Source: Candidatus Hydrogenedentota bacterium
GTDB lineage: Bacteria > Hydrogenedentota > Hydrogenedentia > Hydrogenedentales > SLHB01
Assembly: GCA_963745075.1 (NCBI GenBank)
Contig: CAVUWV010000027.1
Location: forward strand, 32,001 to 96,000
DNA length: 64,000 bases
Reading direction: 5' to 3'
The position numbers and the translations under genes are program-made. The notes beneath the pieces were generated by a model. That model did not search any database. It worked only from the letters and a program-made list of their open reading frames with translations, and had not been told where the DNA came from. This document shows, one piece after another, positions 10,146 to 20,219 of this stretch. Numbering within the stretch: position 1 is the first letter of the stretch; every line of letters begins with the position of its first letter.

Positions 10146-10403
10146 CTATTCCGGCGAACCCTCAGCAGAGCCGTCGTGCTCGGCCGCAAAATCCTCCAAG
10201 GCTTCATGGATCTGCATTTTGGTTTCCCGTTCAAGGATATCGTGGTCCGTCTTCCGTCGCTTCAGCGTGCGCCGGTCGTGATGGGTAAAGACGGTGCCAC
10301 CTCCTTTGCGTCTGTCCGGAGACTTGCGGCGATCCTTCTGCCACTTGCCATGTTTGTCCTTGTAGAATCCCGGTCGATGTTCGTCGCTCACGTTGTGCTC
10401 CAC
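10146..10403 (-). CDS. Small basic hypothetical protein with DRR…DRR motifs
   Basis: 85-aa ORF filling the intergenic gap; QKDRRKSPDRRK and HDRRTLKRRKTD. Confidence 0.6.
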   Translation of the reverse strand: MEHNVSDEHRPGFYKDKHGKWQKDRRKSPDRRKGGGTVFTHHDRRTLKRRKTDHDILERETKMQIHEALEDFAAEHDGSAEGSPE

Positions 10404-10555
10404 TTGCCTGAATGCATGGGCTCGTTTTCCACGCGGGTTCCGCGCTTCCCGTGAGTATAGGGTGTGCTTGCTTTGCGGTCAAGGCATCGTGCGTGGGTAT
10501 CGTGCGTGGCGGACCGTAGGGGGTTCCGATACCATCGGCGCCGGACCTGTGCCAC

Positions 10556-11285
10556 TCACGTTTCCGGCGGCGGTGTCGCGGATTCCAATTGCCGGTTCCT
10601 TCGGGCGGCTTCGGGGCCGATGATTTCGGACAGCCAAAGGAGCGCCTGTCCGCAACTGGTTGCGGCCGCGTCGAAAATCTCCGTCCCGCTGGCCGGTCCC
10701 CCGTACTCGCGAATCTCACAATGCCCTGCGGCGATCTTCCGCAACGACCGGCAAGTCGCAGACGCAAGCGCGTCGTCCGACGAAACCATCAACAGTAACG
10801 GTCGCCGGCCGTAGCGGCGTATCGCGTCTTTAGCCGAGAGCCCGTCGTCGGTCCGCTGCGGCGAAAGAAGCACCGCCGCCTGGATGTCATCGTGCTCGGC
10901 GGCATATGCGATAGCCAGATTCGCGCCGTCCCGGTCGCCCACAATGGCGACGTTTTCCGGGTCGGCGCCCGCATTGAGCAAGGCCAGTCGCGCCGCCTCA
11001 ATATCGTTTAGTCCCGCCTGGGGATCCATGTCCGAACCGCTGCCCACGGCATCGCTTCGATCGATGGCGACGGAGAGGTAACCTTCCTGTTGTGCTTTCT
11101 CGGCAAACCGGACGAAATCCGACCGACCGCCATTTCGGGCAGGCACCAGGATCAGGCCGGCCGGACGTTTCCGAGTTGGAGCGTACAAGGTACCGACGAT
11201 ACGGGCTCCGTCCTGCGTGAGAAGGGAAATGTCCTGCGGTTTGGGCGTCTCGACCGTGGTGGGGGAATTGCATCGGAGCGTCATC
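10556..11285 (-). CDS. Alpha/beta-hydrolase fold protein, probably exported (start uncertain, may be further upstream)
   Basis: LTQDGARIVGTLY, GYLSVAID, NVAIVGDRDGANLA, AAVLLSP. The nucleophile elbow is degenerate. Confidence 0.7.
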
Positions 11286-11349
11286 GCAACGACGAACAGG
11301 ATTGCGCCGAAACGGAAAGATCGGGCCAAACCGGTTGGGGAAAGGCAAA

Positions 11350-11384
11350 GAAGTGAAAGGGGACCACCCCGCGGTAGTCCCCCT
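11350..11384 (-). terminator. Intrinsic terminator after the SCP2 gene
   Basis: GGGGACCACC/GGTAGTCCCC hairpin followed on the minus strand by TTTCACTT. Confidence 0.6.
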
Positions 11385-11396
11385 GCCCGATCTGGA

Positions 11397-11723
11397 TTAG
11401 CCGACGGAAAACACACTCTGAAGTTTCATGGCAAGACTGACATCACCCTTGATCTTCAGCTTGCCGGTGAGAAACGCTGTCTGACCGCTGAGTTGCCCGG
11501 AGACGATCTTGAGCCAGTCTTCGTCGCTGGCGGTCAGGGTGATGCTTGGATTCTCCGCGGTTCCCTCGGAGACATCCGCTTGGCCATCGGCGATCTTCAC
11601 GTACCAGTCGCCGCCGCCATCGCCCGTGATCGAAAACTGGTAGGTGGCATTCATGCCACTGATCTTGGCGGGATCGACTTTACCCTGAAGCTCGGAAAAG
11701 AATCCTGCTACCGTATCTGCCAT
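11397..11723 (-). CDS. SCP2 sterol/lipid-binding domain protein
   Basis: YQFSITGDGGGDWYV…AFLTGKLKIKGDVSLAMKL. RBS GGAGGTG precedes ATG 11723. Confidence 0.9.
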   Translation of the reverse strand: MADTVAGFFSELQGKVDPAKISGMNATYQFSITGDGGGDWYVKIADGQADVSEGTAENPSITLTASDEDWLKIVSGQLSGQTAFLTGKLKIKGDVSLAMKLQSVFSVG

Positions 11724-12833
11724 TGTACGTTTTTCACCTCCGAGTTGTGCGGTCAGGCGTTGCCTGGCCTGGTTTTTTATTTTTGTGAACGGATCGTACG
11801 GCCCGTTCAAAACACCCGAAAATCGTCTTTCGCCAAGCGTCGGACCGTCGCCAATTACCGGAGCGAACACCCCAACCTGCGACCGATAATGTATCACAGC
11901 GTGTGTCGAGCGTCAACGCGGCCGCCGTAGTGCGCGTATGCTTCCGATCCTTGTTTCGCGCCCGATTCACAGGGGTTTTCAGCGACACGGGTTTGCTCGA
12001 TGTGCGACAAACGATCGCAACGCGCTTCGTTTTGACGAAGCGCCTGACGCGCGCACGGCGACGTTGGCCGTTTGACAATGTGCGACGAAACTCGCGACGG
12101 ATACGCGCTGTCGCAGGGTTCAAAATGCCCCCTACCCGCTCAAAAAAATTACGCGGATTCGAGAAAAAATGCTTGCTATTTTTTTAATTGTTTGCTACAC
12201 ACTTATATAGACGGATTAACGCAAACGCAGATTGCGTTGCGAGCGGAGACAGTTGTAGTGCCAATACGGTGAGCGATACGCGGTCCGAGTGACCTGCTCA
12301 TCGAACCAGTTGAAGAACGATCGGAACGCATTTGTGGCGTCGGTATCCGTGCGCGGATGCCGGGCAAACCGTAACTTTCAGATTGCCACAGCGTGGATGA
12401 GTTCGGAGGGGGGGTCGTCCCGAGACCGGCGGAGGGAGCACGTGAGCACGTGAGCACTTTGAGCGATACGCGGTTTATCGCTCGCGTTATGTGCCCTGCC
12501 TGTTGTCGATTGTTATCGAAAACCATCCTGAGATTTTCCGGTTCCGTGCGCACGCAGTTCGATGGAGTAGGACCACCGGTTTGCGGCGCCTGAATTGGGT
12601 CACACGAATCGACGTTCCGATTGGGGCATGAATCCTTTCAAAACGTCGCAGTTCCCCGTTGCACCCGGGGAGCCACGGCGATATGCCAGTTGAACCAATG
12701 CGGATCTATGTCCGCTGGTTGAGCGTCCCATGGGCACCCATGGGAACGGCGCTGTCCGGGGTGGTCACCTGTGGTGGCCGGTACGAACCCCGCGGGCCGT
12801 AGGGAAAGAGGCAGCAGAAAAGGAGGAAACGGA

Positions 12834-13148
12834 ATGGCAGTTAAAAAACGGGCAGCCGCGAAGAAAAAGCCGGCTGCGAAGAAGAAGGTAGCGAAGAAGA
12901 AGCCGGCCGCCAAGAAGAAGTCGGCAGCGAAGAAGAAGCCGGCCGCCAAGAAGAAGGCCGCAGCGAAGAAGAAGCCGGCCGCCAAGAAGAAGAGGGTAGC
13001 GAAGAAGAAGCCGGCCGCCAAGAAGAAGAGGGTAGCGAAGAAGAAGCCGGCCGCCAAGAAGAAGAGGGTAGCGAAGAAGAAGCCGGCCGCCAAGAAAAAG
13101 GCTGCTGCGAAGAAGAAGTCGGTCGCCCGCAAACGTCGCAGGAGATAG
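12834..13148 (+). CDS. Histone H1-like (Hc2/AlgP-type) Lys/Ala/Pro-rich nucleic-acid-binding protein
   Basis: Strong RBS AAGGAGG; 104 aa made almost entirely of xxAKKK repeats (PAAKKK alternating with RVAKKK/AAAKKK). Confidence 0.88.
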   Translation: MAVKKRAAAKKKPAAKKKVAKKKPAAKKKSAAKKKPAAKKKAAAKKKPAAKKKRVAKKKPAAKKKRVAKKKPAAKKKRVAKKKPAAKKKAAAKKKSVARKRRRR

Positions 13149-13404
13149 TCGCTGGGGCGAGCGTACCGAATCTTGACGGTACCTGCGTGAATACTCCCCG
13201 GTTCTCTCCGACGACAGTGCACCAAAGCGTGGAGAGGCCAGGGGGGTTGTAGGGTGGGTGCCCGTCTCGTTGAACGGTTTATTGCGCACGTTAGGAAGCC
13301 GTAGTTTGAACGCGGCGCCTGGCGTGCTTTTTTTGTCCCAACGTTCAGGGCAACGTTTCGGGACGGAAAGTATCGGCTGTGAGAGAATGCCCCAGGCATC
13401 GTAG

Positions 13405-14309
<905 letters not shown>

Positions 14310-14331
14310 GGTTACGGGACGGTCTTCCGGC

Positions 14332-14988
14332 TCAGTTACGCAGCGCCAGCTCCGCCACGGCCGCTGGAATCCCTGCCGGACTATCCACAACGGCGTCCGC
14401 TTCGGCCAATTCGCTGGGCACGCCGAATCCATACGAAACGGCGACGGCGTACCCTTCATGGGCCCGTGCGCTTTCGATGTCGTCGTGGCGATCACCGACC
14501 ACAACGAAGGGGCGCACCGATACCTCGCATAGGATCGCGTCGACCATTTCGGTCTTGCTCGAAAAACGCGTGCCCCGACAAAGCGCCGGTTGAAAGAACG
14601 GACGCAATCCCTGCGTGTCGAGGACTTCTGCAAAGTAATCCTCCGGCGCGTTTGATGACATGGCGAGGGCGCACCCCATACCCCGGAGTGCCGCGAGCAT
14701 ACCTAAGACCCCCGGAAACGGCTTGCCCGCATCGGTAATGAGCGCGAGTTCCCGCCGATCGGTTTCGGCAATGATCTCGTCGACCCGCCCCGTCGAACAA
14801 AGCCCAGCCAGCCAATCGTGGTATTCCTTGGCCGGCCGGCCGATGTACGATCCGATCTCCACCTCACCGGGCACCGCAAGGCCGTGCGCCGCAAACGTCT
14901 GTTGCACCGCCGGAATCGTCACACGGTGCGCGTCGAATAACGTGCCGTCGAGATCGAATATCACCAATGCGCGTTGTCCTACGGTCAT
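14332..14988 (-). CDS. HAD-superfamily hydrolase (phosphoglycolate phosphatase-like)
   Basis: IFDLDGTL, SSN, K, VGDRHDDI motifs. Confidence 0.9.
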   Translation of the reverse strand: MTVGQRALVIFDLDGTLFDAHRVTIPAVQQTFAAHGLAVPGEVEIGSYIGRPAKEYHDWLAGLCSTGRVDEIIAETDRRELALITDAGKPFPGVLGMLAALRGMGCALAMSSNAPEDYFAEVLDTQGLRPFFQPALCRGTRFSSKTEMVDAILCEVSVRPFVVVGDRHDDIESARAHEGYAVAVSYGFGVPSELAEADAVVDSPAGIPAAVAELALRN

Positions 14989-15142
14989 GAACTCCCCTTA
15001 TCTAATCCCGGTTCGGAACGCTCTGCGGATTGAAGACCGACATTGTACCGGGGAACGCCTGCGGCACCAAGGCGGGCGCTTAGGAACCAATTGGCGCCTA
15101 TGATATGCTTATCGGAAGGAGAGTAGGGGAAAGGACTGGACT

Positions 15143-16573
15143 GTGGGGTTGGGTAACATCGAATCGAAGTCCGCGCAGGTCTTGTGGGAGGACGTGGATG
15201 CGCGCGAAGCGCTGCTGCGCCGCATCGTGACCGAACGCCTCCACTTTGCTCCGCCGCCCACGTTGGACGACTACCTCGTCGCCACGTATTTCTTCGCGCT
15301 GCGGTCCACCAAGTTGGAAGGGGCCGCTGAGGAGATCAGTTACCTTGCTGCCAGCGGGGTCAAAAATCCGCCGCCGGGCTCCCTCCTCGACCAATGCTCC
15401 GCCAAACCCGCCGGTGTGGACGCCTTCGACGGCACCGGCCGTCTCGGTTTGGCTCACGTCGCATTCCCGCTCAAAATGATGGTCCAACCGGACGGCCATC
15501 TCACGTCGTGCGATATCCTGCATACGCTTGCCGGCGCGGGTATCTTCGATCTGTACGAACGGCAGGATGCTCGCCTCGTCGCGATCCAGATTCCGGACAA
15601 GATTATCCAAACCTTTCCGGGTCCCGCGTATGGGCCCCTGGGAGTACGCGAGCGCACGGGATTTGCGCCGGATCAGCCCGCCTTCGGCACAATTCTGAAA
15701 CCGACTGCCGGGATTACTGCGGATGACGTTGAGTTTCTCGTCGCCGAAGCGGCCCAATGCCCGTTGTTCCTTTTTGTGAAAGAAGACGAAGACCTGTACC
15801 CCAACCTCGATTACTCGCCCGTCGCGGAGCGCGCCCGGCGGGCCGCCGCGGCCATTGAGCGGGCCCGCGAAGCGCGCGGCGGTTTGGGGCTTCTCTTTGC
15901 CTCCCATATCACCAGCGCGCCCCATGAGATTGTCGATACGGTTCACGCCGTACTGGAGGCGGGCGCGACCGCGGTTATGTTCAGCGAAACCTTTGCAACC
16001 GGAACCGTGCGTATGGTTCGGGAGGCAACCAAGCATCTGGAGCATCCGCCCGCAATCTATGGCCACAACGCCGGCATCGGCGTCAAGACGCGTGCAATCT
16101 GGCGAGAAGTGATCGATTTGCTGGCACGGCTGGATGGCATCGATTTTCGGCAGACTGCCCCGGTCAAGGCGGGTGAACCCTTCCTGCGTCCCTACGGCGA
16201 GGAATGGCACGCATCAGAAACCACGCTGACGCAGTCTCTGCCTGACATCAAGCCGACGATGATCGTCCGCGCGGGCGGCTTGGACCAGGGCAACATCGGG
16301 TTGAATCTGCAGGACGTTGCGGTTCGCGGTATCACGGAGAACGTGCTCTTCCTGGCGGGTTCCGCGATCAATTCGATCAAGAACTCAAGCGGCAAAGCCG
16401 ACCCCAAGCGAGGTGCGGAAGCCATGATACAAGCGATCGAGGTTCATCGAAGCGGGACCCTGCGGAACGTGCCCGCCGATGAGCACACGCGCGCACTCTT
16501 CGCCCACGCGGAGATCCAGAAATTGGCGGCCCTTTGCGACGCCTTGAAACAACGCTATCCGGAGTTGTCGTGA
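15143..16573 (+). CDS. RuBisCO-like protein (form IV RLP)
   Basis: FPGPAYG…GTILKPTAG, FVKEDEDL (carbamylation/metal motif), IYGHNAG, LARLDGID, RAGGL. No small subunit or phosphoribulokinase nearby. Confidence 0.88.
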   Translation: MGLGNIESKSAQVLWEDVDAREALLRRIVTERLHFAPPPTLDDYLVATYFFALRSTKLEGAAEEISYLAASGVKNPPPGSLLDQCSAKPAGVDAFDGTGRLGLAHVAFPLKMMVQPDGHLTSCDILHTLAGAGIFDLYERQDARLVAIQIPDKIIQTFPGPAYGPLGVRERTGFAPDQPAFGTILKPTAGITADDVEFLVAEAAQCPLFLFVKEDEDLYPNLDYSPVAERARRAAAAIERAREARGGLGLLFASHITSAPHEIVDTVHAVLEAGATAVMFSETFATGTVRMVREATKHLEHPPAIYGHNAGIGVKTRAIWREVIDLLARLDGIDFRQTAPVKAGEPFLRPYGEEWHASETTLTQSLPDIKPTMIVRAGGLDQGNIGLNLQDVAVRGITENVLFLAGSAINSIKNSSGKADPKRGAEAMIQAIEVHRSGTLRNVPADEHTRALFAHAEIQKLAALCDALKQRYPELS

Positions 16574-17646
16574 TTGAGAAGGAAAAACGTCTGCTGCGAA
16601 TCGGGGTCCTCGGGTGTGGACCCATCGCGCAGTTTGCGCATTTTGATGCCTGCCGCAAGGGCCGTAACACGGAACTTTACGCCATTTGCGACGCCGCACC
16701 CGATCTGCTCGCCAAGATGGCGGCCGTCCACGAGCCCACAGCCACCTTCAACCGGTACGAAGACATGCTCGCCGATCAAAACGTGGACGCAGTCATCGTG
16801 GCGACGGCCGACGTGTTCCACGTGTCCCTCTGCCGACAGGCAGTCGCAGCGGGCAAGCACGTATTCGTGGAAAAGCCCCTCGGAGTTTCCGTCGAGGAGT
16901 GCGAAGCGCTGGGCGATGAGTTGCGCGGTGCGTCCCTGGTGTTCCAGGTGGGCACCAACCGGCGGTTTGACCCCGGCATCACCTTCGCGCACCGGTTTAT
17001 CCAAGAAGAAATGGGCGGACTGATGGCGTACAAGGGCTGGTACTGCGATTCCACCCTGCGCTATACCATGACCGACAACGTTCAGCCCATCCCGCATACC
17101 AGTGCGAAGGCACGGCGGCCCGAGGGAGACCCCAAGGCGGACAAGCGGCGTTATTTCATGCTTGCCCATGGCAGCCACTTGGTCGACACCGCACGCTTCC
17201 TGGCGGGACCTTTAGACGCGGTGCAGGCGCGGCTCGTCGAACGATTCGATGCCTATTGCTGGTTCGTCAATGTCGACTTCGCCGACGGAAGCGTGGGGCA
17301 TCTCGATCTGACCGTGCCGCTACGCGGGGACTTTCAGGAAGGGTTTCAAATCTACGGCGAGTTCGGGAGCGTCTACGGGAACATCCCGCTGCCCTGGTAC
17401 TACAAATGCGGTGACGTTGAATGTTTCTCCGTCAAGGATCGACAAATCCGGCGAGTACTTGGCGAGGACGCGTTCACCTACAAACTCCAACTGGAAGGAT
17501 TTGCCGACACGGTACTCCACGGACTGCCGATGCTCGGCGCCACGATCGATGACGGGATTGCCGGAATGCGGGCCATGGTGGCCATCGCGCGGTCCGTCGA
17601 AACGGGGGAACGGGTGCGTTTGGACGCCGTATCCGGCCAGGTATAG
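16570..17646 (+). CDS. Gfo/Idh/MocA family NAD(P)-dependent oxidoreductase
   Basis: IGVLGCGPIA, AGKHVFVEKPL, NRRFDP, GSHLVD. GTGA overlap with the RLP stop. Confidence 0.92.
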   Translation: MIEKEKRLLRIGVLGCGPIAQFAHFDACRKGRNTELYAICDAAPDLLAKMAAVHEPTATFNRYEDMLADQNVDAVIVATADVFHVSLCRQAVAAGKHVFVEKPLGVSVEECEALGDELRGASLVFQVGTNRRFDPGITFAHRFIQEEMGGLMAYKGWYCDSTLRYTMTDNVQPIPHTSAKARRPEGDPKADKRRYFMLAHGSHLVDTARFLAGPLDAVQARLVERFDAYCWFVNVDFADGSVGHLDLTVPLRGDFQEGFQIYGEFGSVYGNIPLPWYYKCGDVECFSVKDRQIRRVLGEDAFTYKLQLEGFADTVLHGLPMLGATIDDGIAGMRAMVAIARSVETGERVRLDAVSGQV

Positions 17647-17648
17647 AT

Positions 17649-18509
17649 ATGCACGTCGGAATTTTTGCCAAAACGTTTGTGAGATCGAAGCTGGAGGACA
17701 CGCTGGACGCCGTCAGCCAGCACGGTATTCGATCGGTTCAGTTCAACATGTCCTGCGCCGGATTGCCCACGCTCCCGGAATCCATCGATGAAGTATTGGC
17801 CGATAGCATCTGCGACGCCCTCCGGACGCGCGGCATCGTCATGGCGGCCGTATCCGGTACTTTCAACCTGATTCATCCCAACCATGATATCCGTGACATC
17901 GGCCTTACCCGGCTGCGTGCCCTTGCCAAGGTATGCAAGCGGCTGGGCACCTCGATCATCACACTCAGCACCGGCACGCGCGACCCCGAAAACATGTGGC
18001 GCCGTCACCGTGACAACGATACCCCGGGCGCGTGGGCCGATACGCGGGCGGCCATGGCGGAAGCCCTCCACATTGCCGGGCAATATCAGCTCAATTTCGC
18101 CTTTGAACCCGAGTTGTCAAACGTCGTGGATTCGGCCCAAAAGGCTCGCCGGTTGCTCGACGAGATGCAGTCCGCGAATCTAAGAGTCGTCATTGACCCC
18201 GCGAATCTCTTTCACCAGGGCGACCTCCCCCGTATGGCGGAGATACTCGACGAGGCCTTCGACTTGCTTGGCGACGCCATCGTGCTCGCCCATGCGAAAG
18301 ATTTAAGCCGCGACGGAGAAGCCGGCCAGCAGGCTGCCGGCACGGGCGCGCTGGACTACGATCGCTACGTCTGCTTGCTGGACCGCATCGGGTATCAGGG
18401 GCCGCTCATCTTGCATGGCCTGAGCGAAGACGAGGTGGACGGAAGCGTCACGTTCCTTCAAGAGAAGCTGAGCGCCCTCGAGCCGGGGGCGGCGCGCTCT
18501 CGGGAGTAG
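17649..18509 (+). CDS. Sugar phosphate isomerase/epimerase (xylose-isomerase-like TIM barrel)
   Basis: FAFEPE, VVIDPANL, LAHAKD, GTGALDY, GYQGPLIL. Confidence 0.88.
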   Translation: MHVGIFAKTFVRSKLEDTLDAVSQHGIRSVQFNMSCAGLPTLPESIDEVLADSICDALRTRGIVMAAVSGTFNLIHPNHDIRDIGLTRLRALAKVCKRLGTSIITLSTGTRDPENMWRRHRDNDTPGAWADTRAAMAEALHIAGQYQLNFAFEPELSNVVDSAQKARRLLDEMQSANLRVVIDPANLFHQGDLPRMAEILDEAFDLLGDAIVLAHAKDLSRDGEAGQQAAGTGALDYDRYVCLLDRIGYQGPLILHGLSEDEVDGSVTFLQEKLSALEPGAARSRE

Positions 18510-18513
18510 GAGG

Positions 18514-19335
18514 ATGCCGGTCTTCGAACGGGATGGCATTCGATTCCATTACCGCGACGAGGGCGAAGGCATCCCCTTTGTGTTCCAGCACGGTCTTGGC
18601 GGGGACGTCGCGCAACCCTTTGGGTTCTTTGAAGGCTCCCTGCACGAGGACCCACGGTTCCGGCTCATCGCGCTCGATTGCCGTGCCCACGGCGAAACCC
18701 GCCCGGTGGGTCCCGAAGACACGCTCTCGATCGAAACGTACGCAGACGACGTGCTGGGTATGATGGACCGGCTCGACGTTTCGCGCGCGGTTATCGGCGG
18801 CATTTCCATGGGCGCAGCCGTCGCGCTTAACGTCGCGTTGCGTTACCCGGAAAGGCTCCGGGGTCTGATTCTGTCGCGACCCGCATGGTTGGACGAACCG
18901 GGCCCGGACAATCTCTCGATCCTGGGCACCATCGCGGCACTGATCCGCAGGTACGGCGCTGCGGAGGGCCGGGAACGATTTCTCCAATCCAACGAGTACG
19001 CCGCGATGGTGGAGGAGTCGCCCGATGTTGCCGGGTCCTTGCTGGGACAATTCGAGCATCCCCGCGCGGAAGAAACGGTGGCCAAGTTGGAACGGATCCC
19101 GCAGGATACGCCGTGCCGTGACCGTGCTGCCTGGGGTTCCATATCGATACCGACGTTGGTGCTGGCAAACCGCCAGGATCCGGTCCACCCTGTTGAATAC
19201 GGCGAAGTGCTGGCGTCTGCGATCCCTGCTGCGGAATTCCGCGAAATAACGGCCAAATCGGTTGACGTTACCCGTCACAACGACGATGTGCGCGAGTTCA
19301 TTTGCGATTTCTTCAACCGTCGCATCATGACGTAA
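18514..19335 (+). CDS. Alpha/beta hydrolase
   Basis: FQHGLGG, DCRAHG, GISMG nucleophile elbow, PTLVL…D. Confidence 0.9.
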   Translation: MPVFERDGIRFHYRDEGEGIPFVFQHGLGGDVAQPFGFFEGSLHEDPRFRLIALDCRAHGETRPVGPEDTLSIETYADDVLGMMDRLDVSRAVIGGISMGAAVALNVALRYPERLRGLILSRPAWLDEPGPDNLSILGTIAALIRRYGAAEGRERFLQSNEYAAMVEESPDVAGSLLGQFEHPRAEETVAKLERIPQDTPCRDRAAWGSISIPTLVLANRQDPVHPVEYGEVLASAIPAAEFREITAKSVDVTRHNDDVREFICDFFNRRIMT

Positions 19336-19351
19336 CCCTGCGAGGTTTCCC

Positions 19352-19993
19352 ATGCTCAAGTGTTCCACATCCCTCTGGTCCGCCGACCTCAGCAACCTCG
19401 AAGCGGAAATCAAACGCGTAGAGCCGTACTCGGAGCGGTTTCACATCGACGTTGCCGATGGTCACTACACACCGGCGATGCTGTTTTTCCCCGACCTCGT
19501 GAAATCCATGCGAAAACACACGCAACTGCCCTTTGAAGTCCACCTGATGACCACCCATCCCTTGCAGTGGATCGAACCCTTCGTCGACGCCGGCGCGGAT
19601 GGGTTTATCGTCTACCTCGATTCCGACGACGATTCCCGCGAGGTCGTGGACACCATCAAGAAGCACGACAAGTTCGTCGGGATTTCGCTAGGCTTGAAAC
19701 AACCCCTTGATCTTCTCGAACCTTATTGGGATGAATTGGCCATTCTTTGCCTGTTGGGAACGGAGATCGGTATCAAAGGCGCTGGAATGGACCCGTCGGT
19801 ACCGGAGCGGATTCGAGCCGCACGCGCCATCATTCAGAAACGAGGTCTGTCGACGGAAATCGAAGCGGACGGCGGTATCCGGCGTTATACCGTGCCGCTC
19901 ATTCACGAGGCCGGCGCCGACTATATCGTCCCGGGTTCGCTAATGTTCGGCGAAGACCCGGTCGCCATGTGCGAATGGCTGGCTTCACTCTGA
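19352..19993 (+). CDS. rpe: Ribulose-phosphate 3-epimerase family protein
   Basis: SLWSAD, FHIDVADGHY, EVHLM, IEADGGI, IVPGS. Confidence 0.88.
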   Translation: MLKCSTSLWSADLSNLEAEIKRVEPYSERFHIDVADGHYTPAMLFFPDLVKSMRKHTQLPFEVHLMTTHPLQWIEPFVDAGADGFIVYLDSDDDSREVVDTIKKHDKFVGISLGLKQPLDLLEPYWDELAILCLLGTEIGIKGAGMDPSVPERIRAARAIIQKRGLSTEIEADGGIRRYTVPLIHEAGADYIVPGSLMFGEDPVAMCEWLASL

Positions 19994-20028
19994 TCGGAAT
20001 CGAGTGTATCCGCTATCCTGTTTCCTTT

Positions 20029-20187
20029 CGTAATCGTAATCGTAATCGTAATCGTAATCGATAAGAAGTTTCGCTCGGCTCATGGATCGTGATGATCAAT
20101 GCGACTTCTATGGTTTTCCCAAGCAATTCGCACTGATTCTATGGATGATTTGGCATACTCGATTACGATTACGAACACGATTACGAG
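20029..20187. repeat. (CGTAAT)5 microsatellite and its inverted ATTACG counterpart (REP-like)
   Basis: CGTAAT x5 at 20029-20058 and GATTACGATTACGAACACGATTACG at 20161-20185, between convergent genes. Confidence 0.85.
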
Positions 20188-20219
20188 CCCGAGAAGAGGG
20201 AACAGGAATCGTGAGAGTA

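Noticed and set aside
15143..16573. Bona fide RuBisCO / Calvin cycle
   Set aside because: Several carboxylase active-site residues appear substituted, and there is no rbcS or phosphoribulokinase in the window.
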